Assembly (NCBI RefSeq): GCF_030028105.1
Contig: NC_092387.1
Span: forward strand, 50,973,590 to 51,037,589
Source of the DNA: Mobula birostris
Lineage: Eukaryota
Direction: 5' to 3'
Length of the DNA: 64,000 nucleotides
This document shows, one piece after another, positions 12,969-27,405 of this stretch (position 1 is its first letter; the number at the start of each line of letters is the position of its first letter). The position numbers and the translations under genes are program-made. The notes under the pieces were generated by a model. That model ran no database searches. It was not told the DNA's origin and saw only the letters and a program-made list of their open reading frames with translations.

Positions 12969-14268
12969 CAAATATACTTACGGAAATTAGAGCAAAAGCT
13001 GATGAATCGAAATCAGGTTTATTATCACCGATGTAGGATGTGAAATTTGTTGTTTTGCAGTAACCCTAAAGATGAGGTCTGCTTATTAGGAATTGATACA
13101 ATATTCAAAAAGGAGTTCTCCAAAAACTCAATGTAGAAGCCAATATACACAAATGAAGCTTCAACCGAACTTCAGGATCAGTTACCCCAACATCAGTAAT
13201 GGGGACATGGCTCAGAGTCCTCTCAGATATACAAAGCAACATAAATCAAGACAGACTTTGAAGCAAAGACTTGTCAAAGAATTGTTATTTGCTATTTAAT
13301 TATTTGGACACTAATACAAATTTTCATTAACATTGCTGACCTAAAACTACAAAAGCCTTACGGAATCAGTAAACCTGGCACAGAACTCCAACCTCACTCC
13401 CCCTATCCCCCACTACCCGACAGAATGATTCCAGTTTCATAGTTGTTCTGGGTATAATCCTATTCAAATCTATACTAATAAGTAAATTAAAAATGGTAGT
13501 GTGACAATCCAAATGTTCTTATTAATAATGCAAAACCGCATTCTATTGCAAATGATGGTCTTCTATACAAAATTGAAAATATTTCATGGCAACTATAAAC
13601 TTCCTTCAAACCCAGAGACACCTAACCCCGTCTTTACTGAACAACAGTTAGAGTTTGTGAATCACTACCTGAGTTATGAAGAGCAACATTGGACGACGGA
13701 TATTCATTATATGACAAAAAAAAATCCTTATTTTACAGTGACTTAAAGTTGAGAAATCACGGGAGTCTTTCTATAACAGCTGACACTAGAATATCATTTC
13801 ATTTGTCTCCATTGCTCCTTGTTATGAACTTAACTCAACATATACTTACAACTACCCGAAGAATCAATCCAACAATGATCCTATGAGACTCAACTTCAGG
13901 TTTTTGAGCTAATTACATCACCCTGCTGAAGTAACTTTGTAGCCCAGTCATTTTGCTTCCAAGGTATAATTGGAATTGCTGAATTCTGTTAAATTGATAT
14001 CCCAACATAATTTGCTATGGACACTGCACTTTGCCTGCACTGCCTTTTGTCTGTAACTTCAACACTATATTCTGCATTCAGGATTCCCCCCTCCCCAGCT
14101 TCATTCTACCTTAGTGTACTTATGTATGGAATGACGTCTCTGGATGGGATGCAAACAGAGCTTTACACGCAAACAACAGGAATTCTGCAGATGCTGGAAA
14201 TTCAAGCAACACACATCAAAGTTGCTGGTGAACGCAGCAGGCCAGGCAGCATGTCTAGGAAGAGGTGC

Positions 14269-14304
14269 AGTCGACGTTTCAGGCTGAGACCCTTCGTCAG
14301 GACT
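14269..14304 (-). ncRNA. Minimal type I hammerhead ribozyme
   Basis: AGTC-CTGACGA-A-GGGTCTCAGCCT-GAAA-CGTC-GACT: intact core, stem I AGTC/GACT, GUC cleavage triplet. Confidence 0.75.
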
Positions 14305-15799
14305 AACTGAAGGAAGAGTGATTAAGGGATTGAAAGTTGGAGAGGGAGGGGGAGATCCAAAATGATGGGAGAAGACAGGAGGGGGAGGGATGGAGCCAAG
14401 AGCTGGACAGGTGATTGGCAAAAGGGATACGAGAGGATCATGGGACAGGAGGTCCGGGAAGAAAGACGGGGGGGGAGGGGGGGAGGGCGGGGGGACCCAG
14501 AGGACGGCCAAGGGGTATATTCAGAGGGACAGAGGGAGAAAAAGGAGAGTGAGAGAAAGAATGTGTGTATAAAAATAAATAACAGATGGGGTACGAGGGG
14601 GAGGTGGGGCATTAGCGGAAGTTAGAGAAGTCGATGTTCATGCCATCAGGTTGGAGGCTATCCAGACGAAATATAAGGTGCTGTTCCTCCAACCTGAGTG
14701 TGGCTTCATCTTTACAGTAGAGGAGGCCGTGGATAGACATGTCAGAATGGGAATGGGATGTGGAATTAAAATGTGTGGCCACTGGGAGATCCTGCTTTCT
14801 CTGGCGGACAGAGCGTAGGTGTTCAGCAAAGCGGTCTCCCAGTCTGCGTCAGGTCTCGCCAATATATAAAAGGCCACATCGGGAGCACCGGACGCAGTAT
14901 ATCACCCCAGCCGACTCACAGGTGAAGTGTTGCCTCACCTGGAAGGACTGTTTGGGGCCCTGAATGGTGGTAAGGGAGGAAGTATAAGGGCATGTGTAGC
15001 ACTTGTTCCACTTACAAGGATAAGTGCCAGGAGGGAGATCAGTGGGGAGGGATGGGGAGGACGAATGGACAAGGGAGTCGCGCAGGGAGCGATCCCTGCG
15101 GAATGCAGAGAGAGGCGGGGAAGGAAAGATGTGCTTAGTGGTGGGATCCTGTTGGAGGTGGAGGAAGTTACGGAGAATAATATGTTGGACCCGGAGGCTG
15201 GTGGGGTGGTAGGTGAGGACCAGGGGAACCCTATTCCTAGTGGGGTGGCGGGAGGATGGAGTGACAGCAGATGTACGTGAAATGGGGGAGATGCGTTTAA
15301 GAGCAGAGTTGATAGTGGAGGAAGGGAAGCCCCTTTCTTTAAAAAAGGAAGACATCTCCCTCGTCCTAGAATGAAAAGCCTCATCCCGAGAGCAGATGCG
15401 GCGGAGACGGAGGAATTGCAAGAAGGGGATGGCGTTTTTGCAAGAGACAGGGTGAGAAGACGAATAGTCCAGATAGCTGTGAGAGTCAGTAGGCTTATAG
15501 TAGACATCAGTGGATAAGCTGTCTCCAGAGACAGAGACAGAAAGATCTAGAAAGGGGGGGGAGGTGTTGGAAATGGACCAGGTAAACTTGAGGCCAGGGT
15601 GAAAGTTGGAATCCTCTGGGTTCCCCCTCCCCCTCATCTTTCTTCCCGGACCTCCTGTCCCATGATCCTCTCGTATCCCTTTTGCCTATCACCTGTCCAG
15701 CTCTTGGCTCCATCCCTCCCCCTCCTGTCTTCTCCTATCATTTTGGATCTCCCCTTCCCCCTCCAACTTTCAAATCCCTTACTCACTCTTCCTTCAGTT

Positions 15800-15835
15800 A
15801 GTCCTGACGAAGGGTCTCGGCCTGAAACGTCGACT
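15800..15835 (+). ncRNA. Minimal type I hammerhead ribozyme
   Basis: AGTC-CTGACGA-A-GGGTCTCGGCCT-GAAA-CGTC-GACT. Confidence 0.75.
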
Positions 15836-17911
15836 GCACCTCTTCCCAGAGTTTTACACAGTGTCTCAGAGACAATAATAAGCCAATTTCCAATTGGACA
15901 GTAGAGATAGCATTGTTCACTTTGATCTAACATTAAGTCTTGCACACCCTCTCCCTTCTCGCCCAAACAAACACTTTCATTCCCCTTTCCTGTCTAATAG
16001 CTGTTTGACAATATTTAATGTTACAAAATTATAATTTTGAATGGCATTCTGGATGATTAAACAAAATCTCAGCAGTTACAGTAGGGTTCGCCAATTAGGT
16101 TTTAGGCATGAGGGAAACTCAAGTGAATTATACATTCACAATTCGATACATTTTAACTCGGAAAAGCACTTTTTAAAAAAATTGCTAACACCTACTCCTT
16201 GTAGTCTAATCAAACTAACGCCACACAGTTTGTAAACAGAGAATTCTGCATGCCAGGCACAAGACACTGCAGATGCCAGAACCTGCAGCGCACAGTCTGC
16301 AGAAAGAACTGGCCTGATGCGGTGTTTTAAGCCAAAACATCAGTAATTCCTTTCTCTCACAAATACTACTTGACCTGCCGAGTTCCTGCAGAAGACCGTT
16401 TGTCCTCCTGCTTGCCAGTATCTCTAAAAGCTATGTGGGATAAAATGCAGACATTTTCTATCTGACCATTGTGTTGTGAATGTTGTAGTCTGAGAATGGG
16501 CACTTAATACTAGCTGTTTTTGTTTCTCCCTGGCATTGTTCTCAAAGCTTATATAGTCACAGAACCTTGGTTCTCATAAAGCATACAAGGATACTGCACT
16601 TTTGGTCAAGATATGGAATTGTGGAACATAAATTGTCTCTGACTGTACAGTTACCAATATTGCCTGAGGCATTCCTACTGTGCATTTCTGGCTAGGTTAT
16701 CAAATCTTTTTCATACTCAGTTATATGACCTAATATAGAGTGCAACAATTTTTGGGTCACAAATCCACCAAAGAATGGACCAAAATGAACAAAAAATGCA
16801 GGTGTCATTTTTCTAAATAGATATATTATTCAATGCGAACATAATTTGACACAATTTTGTGGGAATCAAAAGTATCTGTCCCTCAAATTATTAATAATAA
16901 GTCAGTTTCCATTAAACATCCTGAATAACATGCTGCCTGTTAGACATGGAATGTTTCCAGCATTGTTTAACATACTATTTCACATGAACAAATGGTTGAA
17001 TAGATTAGCACAATGATTTTAAGGTGCACCTTGACCTGACCTTGAATTGAAATGTTTAGTCAGGTACAAATAAAACAATGTAGAACCCACAGTACCCATT
17101 ATTAACACACAGGTCCAGTAAATTGGTAGGATTCATCCACTTGAATACTCATCCAAACTCAAAATGATCAAAGTGATCATACCTATCCAATACTAAAAGA
17201 CCCGAGTGGACATGGAGAAGATGTTTCCAACAGTGAGAAGAGTCTATAGCCTCAAAATAAAAGAATGTCCTTTTAGACCAAAGATGGGGAGAAATATCTC
17301 AGCAAGAAGGTGGTGAACCTGTGGAGTTCATTGGCACAGCTGCCTATAGAGGCCAGGTCATTGGGTATATTTAAAGCAAAACAGATGGGTTCTTTATTAA
17401 TAAGATAATCAAAGGTTACAAGAAAACAGGAGAATGGGATTGAGGGAAAATTAATCAGCCATGATCAAATAGAGCAGTAAATTCAATGGGTCAAATTGCC
17501 TAATTCTGCTCCTTCATCTTATGAGCATTTATAGTGCAGTAAAATGTCCCAGGACATCCCACAGAGTGTAATCAGAGAAAAAATTTACCTTGAGCCAAAA
17601 GAGAAGGCAGTCCTCTTCTAGATTTAAGCCTGAAAATGAGAATTTTAAATTTCAAGAGTTATTTTTTTTTAGGAACCAATATATATCAGCAAGTGCAGGG
17701 ATAACATGGAAACTTGCTTCAAGTTGGGGCAGATTTGGGAGAGCTCAAGCCAGAAGATTCTGTGGCTGTGAAGTTAGGAACCAGGTAGGGGTAAAATAAG
17801 CATATCCACCTCAAGTGCAAGGACGGACAAGTCCACTCCTTTTACTCCTATGCTTTTCTCTTCTGGAATTCTCCATCCAGATTTATGGTAATTTGTTCCT
17901 TCCTGTATCTC

Positions 17912-18795
17912 AAACTAGAGAAAATCTGCAGATGCTGAAAATCAAAGCAATACCCACAAGACGCTGGAGGAACTCAGCAGGCCTGATGAAAGGTCTCGAC
18001 CGGAATGTCAACTGTTTACTCTTTTCCTTGGCTGCCGCTTGGCCTACTGAGTTCATTGAACATAAAATAGTACAGCACAGTACAGGCCCTTCGGCCCACA
18101 ATGTTGTGCCGACCCTCAAACCCTGCCTCCCATACAACCTCCCACCTTAAATTCCTCCATATACCTGTCTAGTAGTCTCTTAAATTTCACTAGTATATCT
18201 GCCTCCACCACTGACTCAGGCAGTGCATTCCATGCACCAACCACTCTCTGAGTAAAAAACCTTCCTCTAATACTGTATCCCCCTTGAACTTCCCACCCCT
18301 TACCTTAAAGCCATGTCCTCTTGTATTGAGCAGTGGTGCCCTGGGGAAGAGGTGCTGGCTATCCACTCTATTTATTCCTCTTATTATCTTGTATACCTCT
18401 ATCATGTCTCCTCTCATCCTCCTCTTCTTCTCCAAAGAGTAAAGCCCTAGCTCCCTTAATCCCTGATCATAATCCATACTCTCTAAATCAGGCAGCATCC
18501 TGGTAAATCTCCTCTGTACCCTTTCCAATGCTTCCACATCCTTCCTATAGTGAGGCGACCAGAATTGGACACAGTACTCCAAATGTGGCCTAACCAGAGT
18601 TTCATAGAGCTGCATCATTACCTCGCAACTCTTAAACTCTATCCCTCGCTTCATGAAAGCTAACACCCCATAAGCTATCTTAACTACCCTATCTACCTGT
18701 GAGGCAACTCTCAGGGATCTGCGGACATGTACCCCCAGATCCCTCTGCTCCTCCACACTACCAAGCATTCTGCCAGCATTTTGTGCGTGTTGCTC
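17912..18795. mobile_element. Short inverted pair of PLE 3' tails interrupted by a CR1
   Basis: Minus tail at 17912-17981 joined to a plus tail starting cctgatgaaagg (about 17982). The plus tail resumes as ccagcattttgtgcgtgttgct at about 18773, after the CR1. Confidence 0.7.
18058..18770 (-). mobile_element. CR1 LINE 3' fragment, same subfamily as 11828-12968
   Basis: 192-aa ORF 18190-18768 is nearly identical to the ORF at 12000-12689. Confidence 0.95.
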
Positions 18796-20439
18796 CTTCC
18801 TGTATCTGACAAGTTAGTATCAACGAACAACAGACCAAAGGGACTAGGCTAGGGCATATTAAAACAACGGGGTGTACTTCATCTAATTTCTTCTCCCTAC
18901 CCTTACGACTTCCTTCTAGTCCAACTGTGAGTCTTGCATTTTAAATAGTCAAACCAGATTCAATTAAATTAAATGAACTGGAATAATTGCTAGAGAACAA
19001 ACCCAATTACACTTTTGCTATAGATGTCAGGCAAAGAGTATTTGAAATGATTTAAAGACACCAATCATTGAAATAAAAAGATGTCTATTCTGTTTTCACA
19101 ATTATGTTTTCTAAGGGTTCTGTGAAGCATAATCCAGCATAAGAGTAGTTCTCAACAATAATAAGCATCATTTATTCCAATATCAACACACACTCCACTG
19201 GCATTCCAAATCACTGGTATTCCGTTCAACTTAACTAAACCTCCTCTGAACTGAGATACAGTATAATGAAATTATATTAACTACAAGTATCAATTTCCCA
19301 CGATCAGTTTTGAACAATGACACTGTTTTTCTCTTTCTGAAACTTTGAATAGAAGTCAAAACAAAATTAAAGCAGTACTCTGCTGCTGAAATATGATCTG
19401 GGAAAAATAAAGGTTAAAGAATTGTGGTCAAGTTCAGGTATGACAACCTAGGTATTGGAGACAGTGCACATATCCATTTTTCAGGGAAATGTGAAAATAG
19501 AACATTTAACAATTTAAATGGGATATATGAAGAGAAAGTAGATCCTATTTTTACTACAGTAAGTAGAAATGGAGAGTATTTCCATCTCTACTGATCTCTG
19601 AAAACTAATTCAGTTTTCTATTTTTCAGATGAATCTCCAAAGAGACCAGAAGACATTGCAGCAGAATTAGGCCATTTGTCCCATCAAGTCTGTTCTGCCA
19701 TTTTAAAATGGCTGATTTATTTTCCATCTCAACCCCATTCTCCTGCCTTCGCCCTGTAAATTTTAACCCCCCCCCCCCCCCCGGCTAGGTAAGAACCTAT
19801 CAACTTACTTAAAAATAAGGAGTAATTTCATTTTTCTATTTTCCAAGATTTTCATGTACTGTACAATAGATCAGCAATGCCTGTTGCTATCCAGACTGGA
19901 TATCTTGACTCTGACTCAGATGAGCATGGACTTCCAGGCAGAGCAACAACACGAGATATTCAAATAAAATTGGTTAGCGAGTATTGATATGTTACCATAT
20001 ACTACCACAAGAATGAGCCCAGGAATGAAAGGGTTAAGGTATGAGGAGTATTTGATGGACCTGGGCCTGTATTCACTGAAGTTTTGAAGGTGGGGTGGCG
20101 GTGGGGGGGGAGGTCGGTCTCATTTGAACCTTTCAAATATTGAAAGCGACACACACAAAATGCTGAAGGAACTGAGCAGGTCAGGCAGCATCTATGGAAA
20201 TGAATAAATATTGAAAGGTCCAGATAAACTGGACGTGGAGAGGAAGTCTAGGACCAGTGAGCACAGTCTCTGAATACAAGGATGTTCTTTAGAACAGAAA
20301 TCAGAAGGAATTTCTTAAGCCAGAGGGTGGTGAATCTGTGTAATTCATTGCCACAGATAGTTGTGGAGGCCTAATCATTGGGTATATTTAAATCAGAAGT
20401 TGATAGGTTCTTAATTAGCAAGAGAGTCAAACTTTATCA

Positions 20440-21610
20440 GAATCAGGTTTATTATCACTGGCGTGTGTCATGAAATTTGTTAACTTAGCAGCAGCAGTTC
20501 AATGTAATACATAATATAGAAGAATGATAAATAAAAGTAAATTAATTACAGTATATCTATATTGCATAGATTAAAAATAGTGCACAAACAAAAATAATGT
20601 ATATTAAAAAAGTGAGGTAGTGGTCACGGGTTCAATGGCAGAGGGGAAGAAGCTGTTCCTGAATCACTGTGTGCCTTCAGCTTCTGTACCTCCTACCTGA
20701 TGGTAACAATGAGAAAATGGTGTGCCCTGGGTGCTGGGGGTCCTTAATAATGGACACTTCCTTTCCGAGTCACTGGTCCGTGAAGCTGTCTTGGGTGCAC
20801 TGTAGGCTAGTACCCAAGATGGAGCCGACTAAATTTACCACCCTCTGCAGCTTCTTTCCATCTTGTGCAGTAGCCCCCCCCCCCCATACCAGACAATGAT
20901 GCAGCCTGTCGGAATGCTCTCCATGGTGCATCTATAGAAGTTTTTGAATGCTTTTGTTGACATTTCAAATCTCTTCAAACTCCTAATGAAGTATAGTTGC
21001 TGTCTTGCTTCTTTATAGCTGCATCGATATGGGACCAGGTTAGGTCCTCAGAGATCTTGACACCCAGGAACTTAAAACTGCTCACTCTCTCCTCGTTTGA
21101 TTCCTCTAAGAGGATTAGTTTGTGTTCCTTCATCTGACCCTTCCTGAAGTCCACAATCAGCTCTTTCGTCTTACTGACATTGAGGGGCAGGTTGTTGCTG
21201 CAACAACACTTCGCTAGTTGTTATATCTCGCTCCTGTACGCCCTCTCACTTCCATCTGAGATTTCACCAACAATGGTTGTATCATCAGCAAATTTACAGA
21301 CAGTATTTGAGTTATGGGTATAGAGAGAGTAAAGCAGTGGGCTAAGCACACATCCCTGAGGTGCAACAGTGTTGTTCGTCAGCGAGGATGAGATATTATC
21401 ACCAATCCTCACAGATTGTAGTCTTCCAGTTAGGAAGCTGAGGATCCAATTGCAGAGGGAGGTACAGAGGCCCAGGTTCTGTAACTCATCAATCAGGATC
21501 GTGGGAATGATGCTGTTAAATGCTGAGCTATAGTCGATGAACAGCACCCTGACATAGGTGTTTGTATTGTCCAGGTGGTCCAAGGCCATGTGAAGAGACA
21601 CTGAAATTGC
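20440..21610 (-). mobile_element. Rex1/Babar LINE fragment with RT
   Basis: ORF 21221-21700: YVRVLFIDYSSAFNSIIP, APQGCVLSPLLYSLYT, KFADDTTIVG. Confidence 0.9.
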
Positions 21611-22874
21611 GTTATGAGAAGGCAGGAGAACGGGATTGAGAGGTATAATAAATGAGCCATGATGGAATGGCAGAGCCGACTTCATGGGATGAATGGCCAA
21701 ATTCCGCTGCTAGGTCTTCTGGTCTTTATGGAGTTTCACCTTCTTGCAGGTAAATGTAAATATTTGGCATATGCTTATATACAGTAGTATATTACTGTAG
21801 CATTTTGTTAGCGCAGCTATTTTGTGTGTCGTTGATTGGGGCAGACTGGCTCTACAGCCTGTAGTCAATGGATGACACAGTGCTCGATTGAATTGAACTG
21901 AGCTGAAACTGGACTGTTTCATTGACTTTATGGTTGATGTTTTATATTCTGTGTTTTTCATTTTTTTGCCAATTGCGTGATTTGTTCCTTGTTTTTTTTT
22001 GTTCATTGGGTTTTGATGCTTTTCTTTGAATGGGTTTTATGGTTTTCTGTGTTTCATGGCTGTCTGTGGGAAGATGAATCTCAGGGTTGTATACTGCATA
22101 CATACATAATAAATATACTTTGAATCTTTGAATATGGCCCACTGTAGTGATAAAAATGATTCAGAATACTTGATTTTTCAAATACATCACCCAAATTACA
22201 GTAAATGGTTTTACACTAAATAAAACGGTTTGTTTAATTCTGTAATTTCCATCTTCCAAGTTGTTAATATACATCGGGAACGGTTGTGGGTCCAGCAGTG
22301 AAATTGATTGCCAACCACTACACTACCAGACTACTTGGCAAGAAGTCACTAAGTATTTCTTCATTAAGCGTATGGGAAAGACATTAAAATGAATCCTAGT
22401 CAACACTACCAATGATATAACTAAAAATATCATGCATTTATGCAAGACCTTTCAATAACCTCAAAATATCCTGTTGATGAATTGTACATTTTGTTAGAAA
22501 ATGCATTAGCTTGCATTTGGATTTGCATCAAGACTAGATTTCCTGAACTGAGCCAAGCTTTGATCACTGCTTAAATTTGGTTTAATGTTTCATCTGAAAG
22601 ATAACACCTCTAACATTGCAGAACTTCCGTTAATTATCAAACTGGATTACCTGTTCAAATCCATTTAGTAAAGTCTAAGCTTACAACTTCTTGAGTCAAA
22701 AGACCATTACCACTGAATTAATAATCCAAGACTCTTACTAATGGTCAAGATAAAAATCTGATACTTCTATTTATAGATTGGTCACCATTTCAAGATGTTT
22801 CACAACACTCACCACTTTTTATGGGTTGCAAATCCCTAATGAAATTTTATCACTACAATTGCAACATGTAAAAA

Positions 22875-23770
22875 CATAAGAAGTAGGAGCAGGAGTAACC
22901 AACTTGCCTGTCAAGCCTGCTCTGTCATTCAATAAAATCATGGCTGATCTGGCTACAGACTCAACATCTTCTACCTACCTTGTCCTCTTTGCAGACCCTA
23001 TGCATCTACACAATTAGCTTTTCCACTCAACTTAGTGTCATCAGCATACTTAGATGCACTACACTCGATGCCCCCTTCCAAGTTGTTTAAATAGATCGGG
23101 AACGGTTGTGGATCCAGCAGTGAACTTGATTGCCAACCAATACTCATCAATGATTGCCAACCAGAGAAACAGCTGTTTATCCTAACTCTTTGCCTTCTGT
23201 TGGTTAACCAATCCATGCCACTACATTACCCCAACAGCATGCATCCTTACCTATGGATAAGTCTTTTATGCAATATCTTATAGAATGCTTTCTGAAAATC
23301 CAACTATAGGAGATCCACCTGTTCCCCTCTATCCACTGTGTTCGTTATATCCTCAAAGAACTCCAGTAGGTTTGTCATACAGGGCCTGCTCTTAGTGAAT
23401 CCATGCTGCATCCATATGATTGAACCATTTCCATCCAGACGTCTTGCTCTTTCTTCCTTAATGATAGCTTCAAGCAATTTCCCAACTACAGATGTTAAGC
23501 TAACCAGCCTGTTACCTGCCTTTTGCCAGTGGAATGAAATTCACTGTCTTCCAATCCACTGGACCTGCCCAGTGTCGAGAGAATTTTGGTAAATTATCAC
23601 CAAGCCTCAATTATAACTTTCTCTGTTGCTTTCAGTACCCTAGGATGCATTGCATGATGACTAGGGGACTTATCAAACTTTGAGCCTGCTTTGAATTTCT
23701 TTAGTGATAGCGATTGTATCGAGGTCTGCACCTCCCACTACTTCCATAACACCTCTTTTTGGCATGTTAG
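22875..23770 (-). mobile_element. Degenerate CR1 fragment
   Basis: WLTNRRQRVRIN..KYADDTKLSG (ORF at 22998) plus a CR1 3' end. Confidence 0.8.
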
Positions 23771-24133
23771 ATGGGAGGCTTTTAATATGTATATCAAAGT
23801 TCAAAGTAAATTCATTATCTAGTTCATACTACCTGGCGATTTATTTTTACAGGCACTCATAGGAAAAAGTACAATAGAGTTTTACGGAAACTACACATAA
23901 AGACTGACAAATAACTAATGTACAAAAGAAGCAAACTGTACAAATAAAAATAACAACTAAATAATACTTCATAGTACTTAAAATTAATTTTATGCAATCT
24001 TCAAACCACCCGATACAAAGAAAATCATGCCCTCTCTATCTGTTTATACTCATGCTAACTAATGGGGAAACAAAACAGCATGCAGCTACAACACCTGTGG
24101 GAAATACCTCATATCATTAAGAAGCTCCTAGAC

Positions 24134-24188
24134 CAGTGGTTCCAAACCTGTGGTCCATGGACTCCTTGCTTAATGGTATTGGTCTATG
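24134..24188. mobile_element. Truncated hAT-type MITE
   Basis: Starts cagtggttccaaacc. 8-bp TSD tcctagac at 24126-24133 and 24189-24196. Confidence 0.55.
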
Positions 24189-25139
24189 TCCTAGACAATA
24201 TTGGGCCACAACACTACAGTCTCAGCTCAGCACCCTATGTACAGTTTAACCTATTTAGGGAAGAGACAAGGCCAAACTTTTTATAGTGGGAAAGAAATAA
24301 GATTTTACTTAAGAAAGGACATTTCTAGGTTGCAAGATGATCCCTCAATCTTTCAGTACTACCACCCAAATGCACTTATACTTACAATTTCTTTTAATCT
24401 CCACTTTCCAAAGATACTTGGAAACTTCTTTAGAACTTGGGATAAAACAAGAGGAAGTCAAGAACATTGGCTATATAGATACATGATTTACAAAGTTAGA
24501 TCATTGCTTTGTAGAGGTCAAGGACAATCCTACTGCCAGCTGATAAACTGGGACATGCTTAGTTTTCCTGGCAGACTGAGTAACCGGAAGGAGTTTCACT
24601 TAAGGTATTTTGTCTCTATGGGCCACATAAAGGAAATGTTTTACATTTTTTGGCTTTAAATACCTTACACTATCTGTACTAACTTTACAATTCCTATTTA
24701 AAAGTCATCTCCCAATGAACAACACTATAGTAACCCTTACCAAATCCTGAAGTCCAATAACTTAGAATTAACCAAACCAGAAAATAATTTAAAATAAGTG
24801 TAAAGTAGCATCATTTTCCCATAGGACCGAGATGGCCTAGCTGTTACAGTAAACCCCCCTGATTAAACATGAGGCTACGAATGATTATAGATCTGTGTTC
24901 CCCCCCCCCCCCAGTAAATGCTGCAGATTGTCTCATGAAACCAGGCAAAATCAATTTATCAGACTTTTCGAAAGATTTCCTTTGATGTCCCACTCATTTG
25001 TTTGTTAGAGGGCCAACATGGTCAAATAATTCACTTTCTTATAACAAATTTATTTGCCTCTCATTTTCCCAATCTTACAACCGCAGATAACTATAGCTTA
25101 CCAAACTATAGATAGTAGTTGGTTGCCAAAATGTAACAT

Positions 25140-25950
25140 ATTATAGCAGCTCTACTCATTCTACATTCATGACTGTGCGGCTAAGCACAGTTCAAGTGTC
25201 GTTTATAAATTCTCAGATGACGACAGGAGTGAGATAGATTGAGTGGTGTTGCAACAACTGTGCACTCAATGCCAGCAAGACCAAGGAAATTGATTGTGGA
25301 CTTCAGGAAGCAAAAGATGGAAGAACATGCACCAGTCCTCATGGGGGGGGGGGGGGTCAGCAGTGGAAAGAGTGAGCAGTTTTAAGTTTTTGGTCATCAA
25401 CATCTCAGAGAACAATCATTGAAGCAATCATGAAGAAGGCACATCAATAACTTACTCTTCATTAGGAGGTTGAGAAGATTTGGTATGTCAACAAAAAGAT
25501 CTTGGCAAATTCCTTTAGTACGGTGGAGAGCATTCTAACCCTAATGCACCACAGCCTGGTATGCAGGCTCAAATGCACAGGATCGAAAGAGACTGCAGAC
25601 TCAGCCAACTCCACCACAAGCACAACCCTTCCCAACATTGAGGATATCTTCAAGAGGTGCTGCCTCAAGCAGGTACATCCATCTTTGAGGCCCCTCACGA
25701 TCTGGGACATGCCATCTTGCCACCATCAGGGAGGAGATACAGAAGCCTGAAGACTCGCACCCAATGATTCAGAAACAACTCATATTTAATCATCATATTT
25801 CTTCCATCATCATAATTCTGAACAGTCTACAAACCTTAAATTTTTGCACTTCATTTATTTTGTAATTTATAGTAATCTATATCTTTGCACTGTACTGCTG
25901 CTACTAAACCAATTTCACATCCTGTAACACTGATAATAAACCTAATTCTG
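25140..25950 (+). mobile_element. Rex1/Babar LINE relic
   Basis: Decayed RT C-terminal half (KTKE.IVDFRK-like DNA, TVESILT) and 3' tail. Confidence 0.75.
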
Positions 25951-26589
25951 ATTCTGAGAATTGATATCCTTAAAGCAGATAAGTAAGGGTAAAAAAAACA
26001 ATAGGTTGAAGGGTAGTTGAGAGGAAGTGAAGGGATATCATGCAAATTAACACTAGCATAGCAGTATTGGGCTGTGTGACTTCTTTCCATGCTTTATGTT
26101 TATGGGAAGATGGGGTTGGTAGTAACTGGCTGAGCCTTCACAAGATCAAAAAGATGAGAATTTTTAACAGGATTTTTTTTACAATTAATTTAGCATTAAT
26201 ATTATTCTATGAATGGGAAGAAAGACACTGATTTGTTGTAAACTTTAATTTTCTCTTTTTTAAGAAGCTTCAAGCTCCTTTTGGGGTACAATTCCACAAT
26301 TCTTTATGGTCCATTTGTTTTTTGTGCAAAGCATCATGCCAGCGAGAAAGTAAACTACACCAGAATCCATTACAATTTAGCTACTCAGCTGGGCTCACTA
26401 CAAGGATGAGGGTCATGATCTAGTTACCAGTCCTTTCTTAAACAGTATGATCAAAAAGAGATGAGCTGTTTTTTTTAAATCAACATGCTTATAGTTAATT
26501 CCTCAAGCAAGGCAGTGTAAAATAACAAAGTTCTGATTCTGAATCTGAACACTTGCCAAATGCTGCATATCTCTTAACCACAGTAGAAA

Positions 26590-27405
26590 TCAGAATTCTC
26601 CTGTCTTCCACGGCTTCTGGAAGGAATGTCAGGATCCTGAAGAAATATCGGATTAATATCATCCACAAACATGTAAGGATGTTCAATTCATCCTCATGGA
26701 GGGTCAAAGATGACCTGGGGCTCAGGACAGCTGGTGTTCACTGGATTCCCGGTGAATGCCACACGGGAATCCAGTAAAGCAATTCATTTTTCCCCCGCAC
26801 AATTAAAGCATTGAATAATCTTCATCCTACCACAGTCACACAACCAAACCCAATTAAATTTAAGGCAGCTTTTCTTCTTCAAAACTCTCCGTCTTAAGCC
26901 CACCCTCCACCACCTCCAGTTTAAATTCCATGCAGAATATTTTACAGAATTAAGAACCAACCAAGACGCACCGTGAAAACCTGCATCAAGGAGCACAGGA
27001 GGTGTATCCATTTGGGTTACCTGGAGAAATTGGTGGTAGCAGAACATTGCATTTGCAGTGGCCATAGGCTCGACTTCGACGGCACAAAACTACTGTGCCG
27101 CACCAATGGATTTTGGGACCAGCTGGTGAAGGAAGCCATTGAAATATAACTAGAGGAAAAGGATTTTAACAAAGACAAAGGTCTTGCTCCAATTAAGAAC
27201 TGGAATTCGATTGTAAACAAGGTGGGACTGCAGAGACCTGATTGGATGAGGACTAACCAATCAGAAGGGATGGACAACAGGGGTATAAATACCACTGGAT
27301 TAGACATGCCCAGGCATCATCCCTGATGAAGATGACAGAGTTTATCACTGAAACTGTTAAAATCAATACCTGTACCTGCTGAAGCCAGAATAGAATTTAT
27401 TTAGA
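26590..27405 (+). mobile_element. Poseidon-type PLE 3' fragment with a nested LINE 3' piece (about 26765-26965)
   Basis: Endonuclease-region residues GVHWIPGEC and RTVKTCIKEHRRCIHLGYLEKLVVAEHC. 3' repeat with CCAAT, TATA and CTGATGA..GAAA. The nested piece encodes NSFFPRTIKALNNL, a CR1-group C-terminus. Confidence 0.7.

Larger units (their letters stand above)
14169..15846 (-). mobile_element. Neptune-type PLE with inverted terminal repeat (minus arm 14169-15610, plus arm 15611-15846)
   Basis: 262-aa ORF with YYKPTDSHSYLDY, PCKWNKCYTCPY and VIYCVRCSRCGLLYIGET (GIY-YIG). 3' repeat present in both orientations. TSD cagagYtttacac at 14156-14168 and 15847-15859. Confidence 0.95.
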
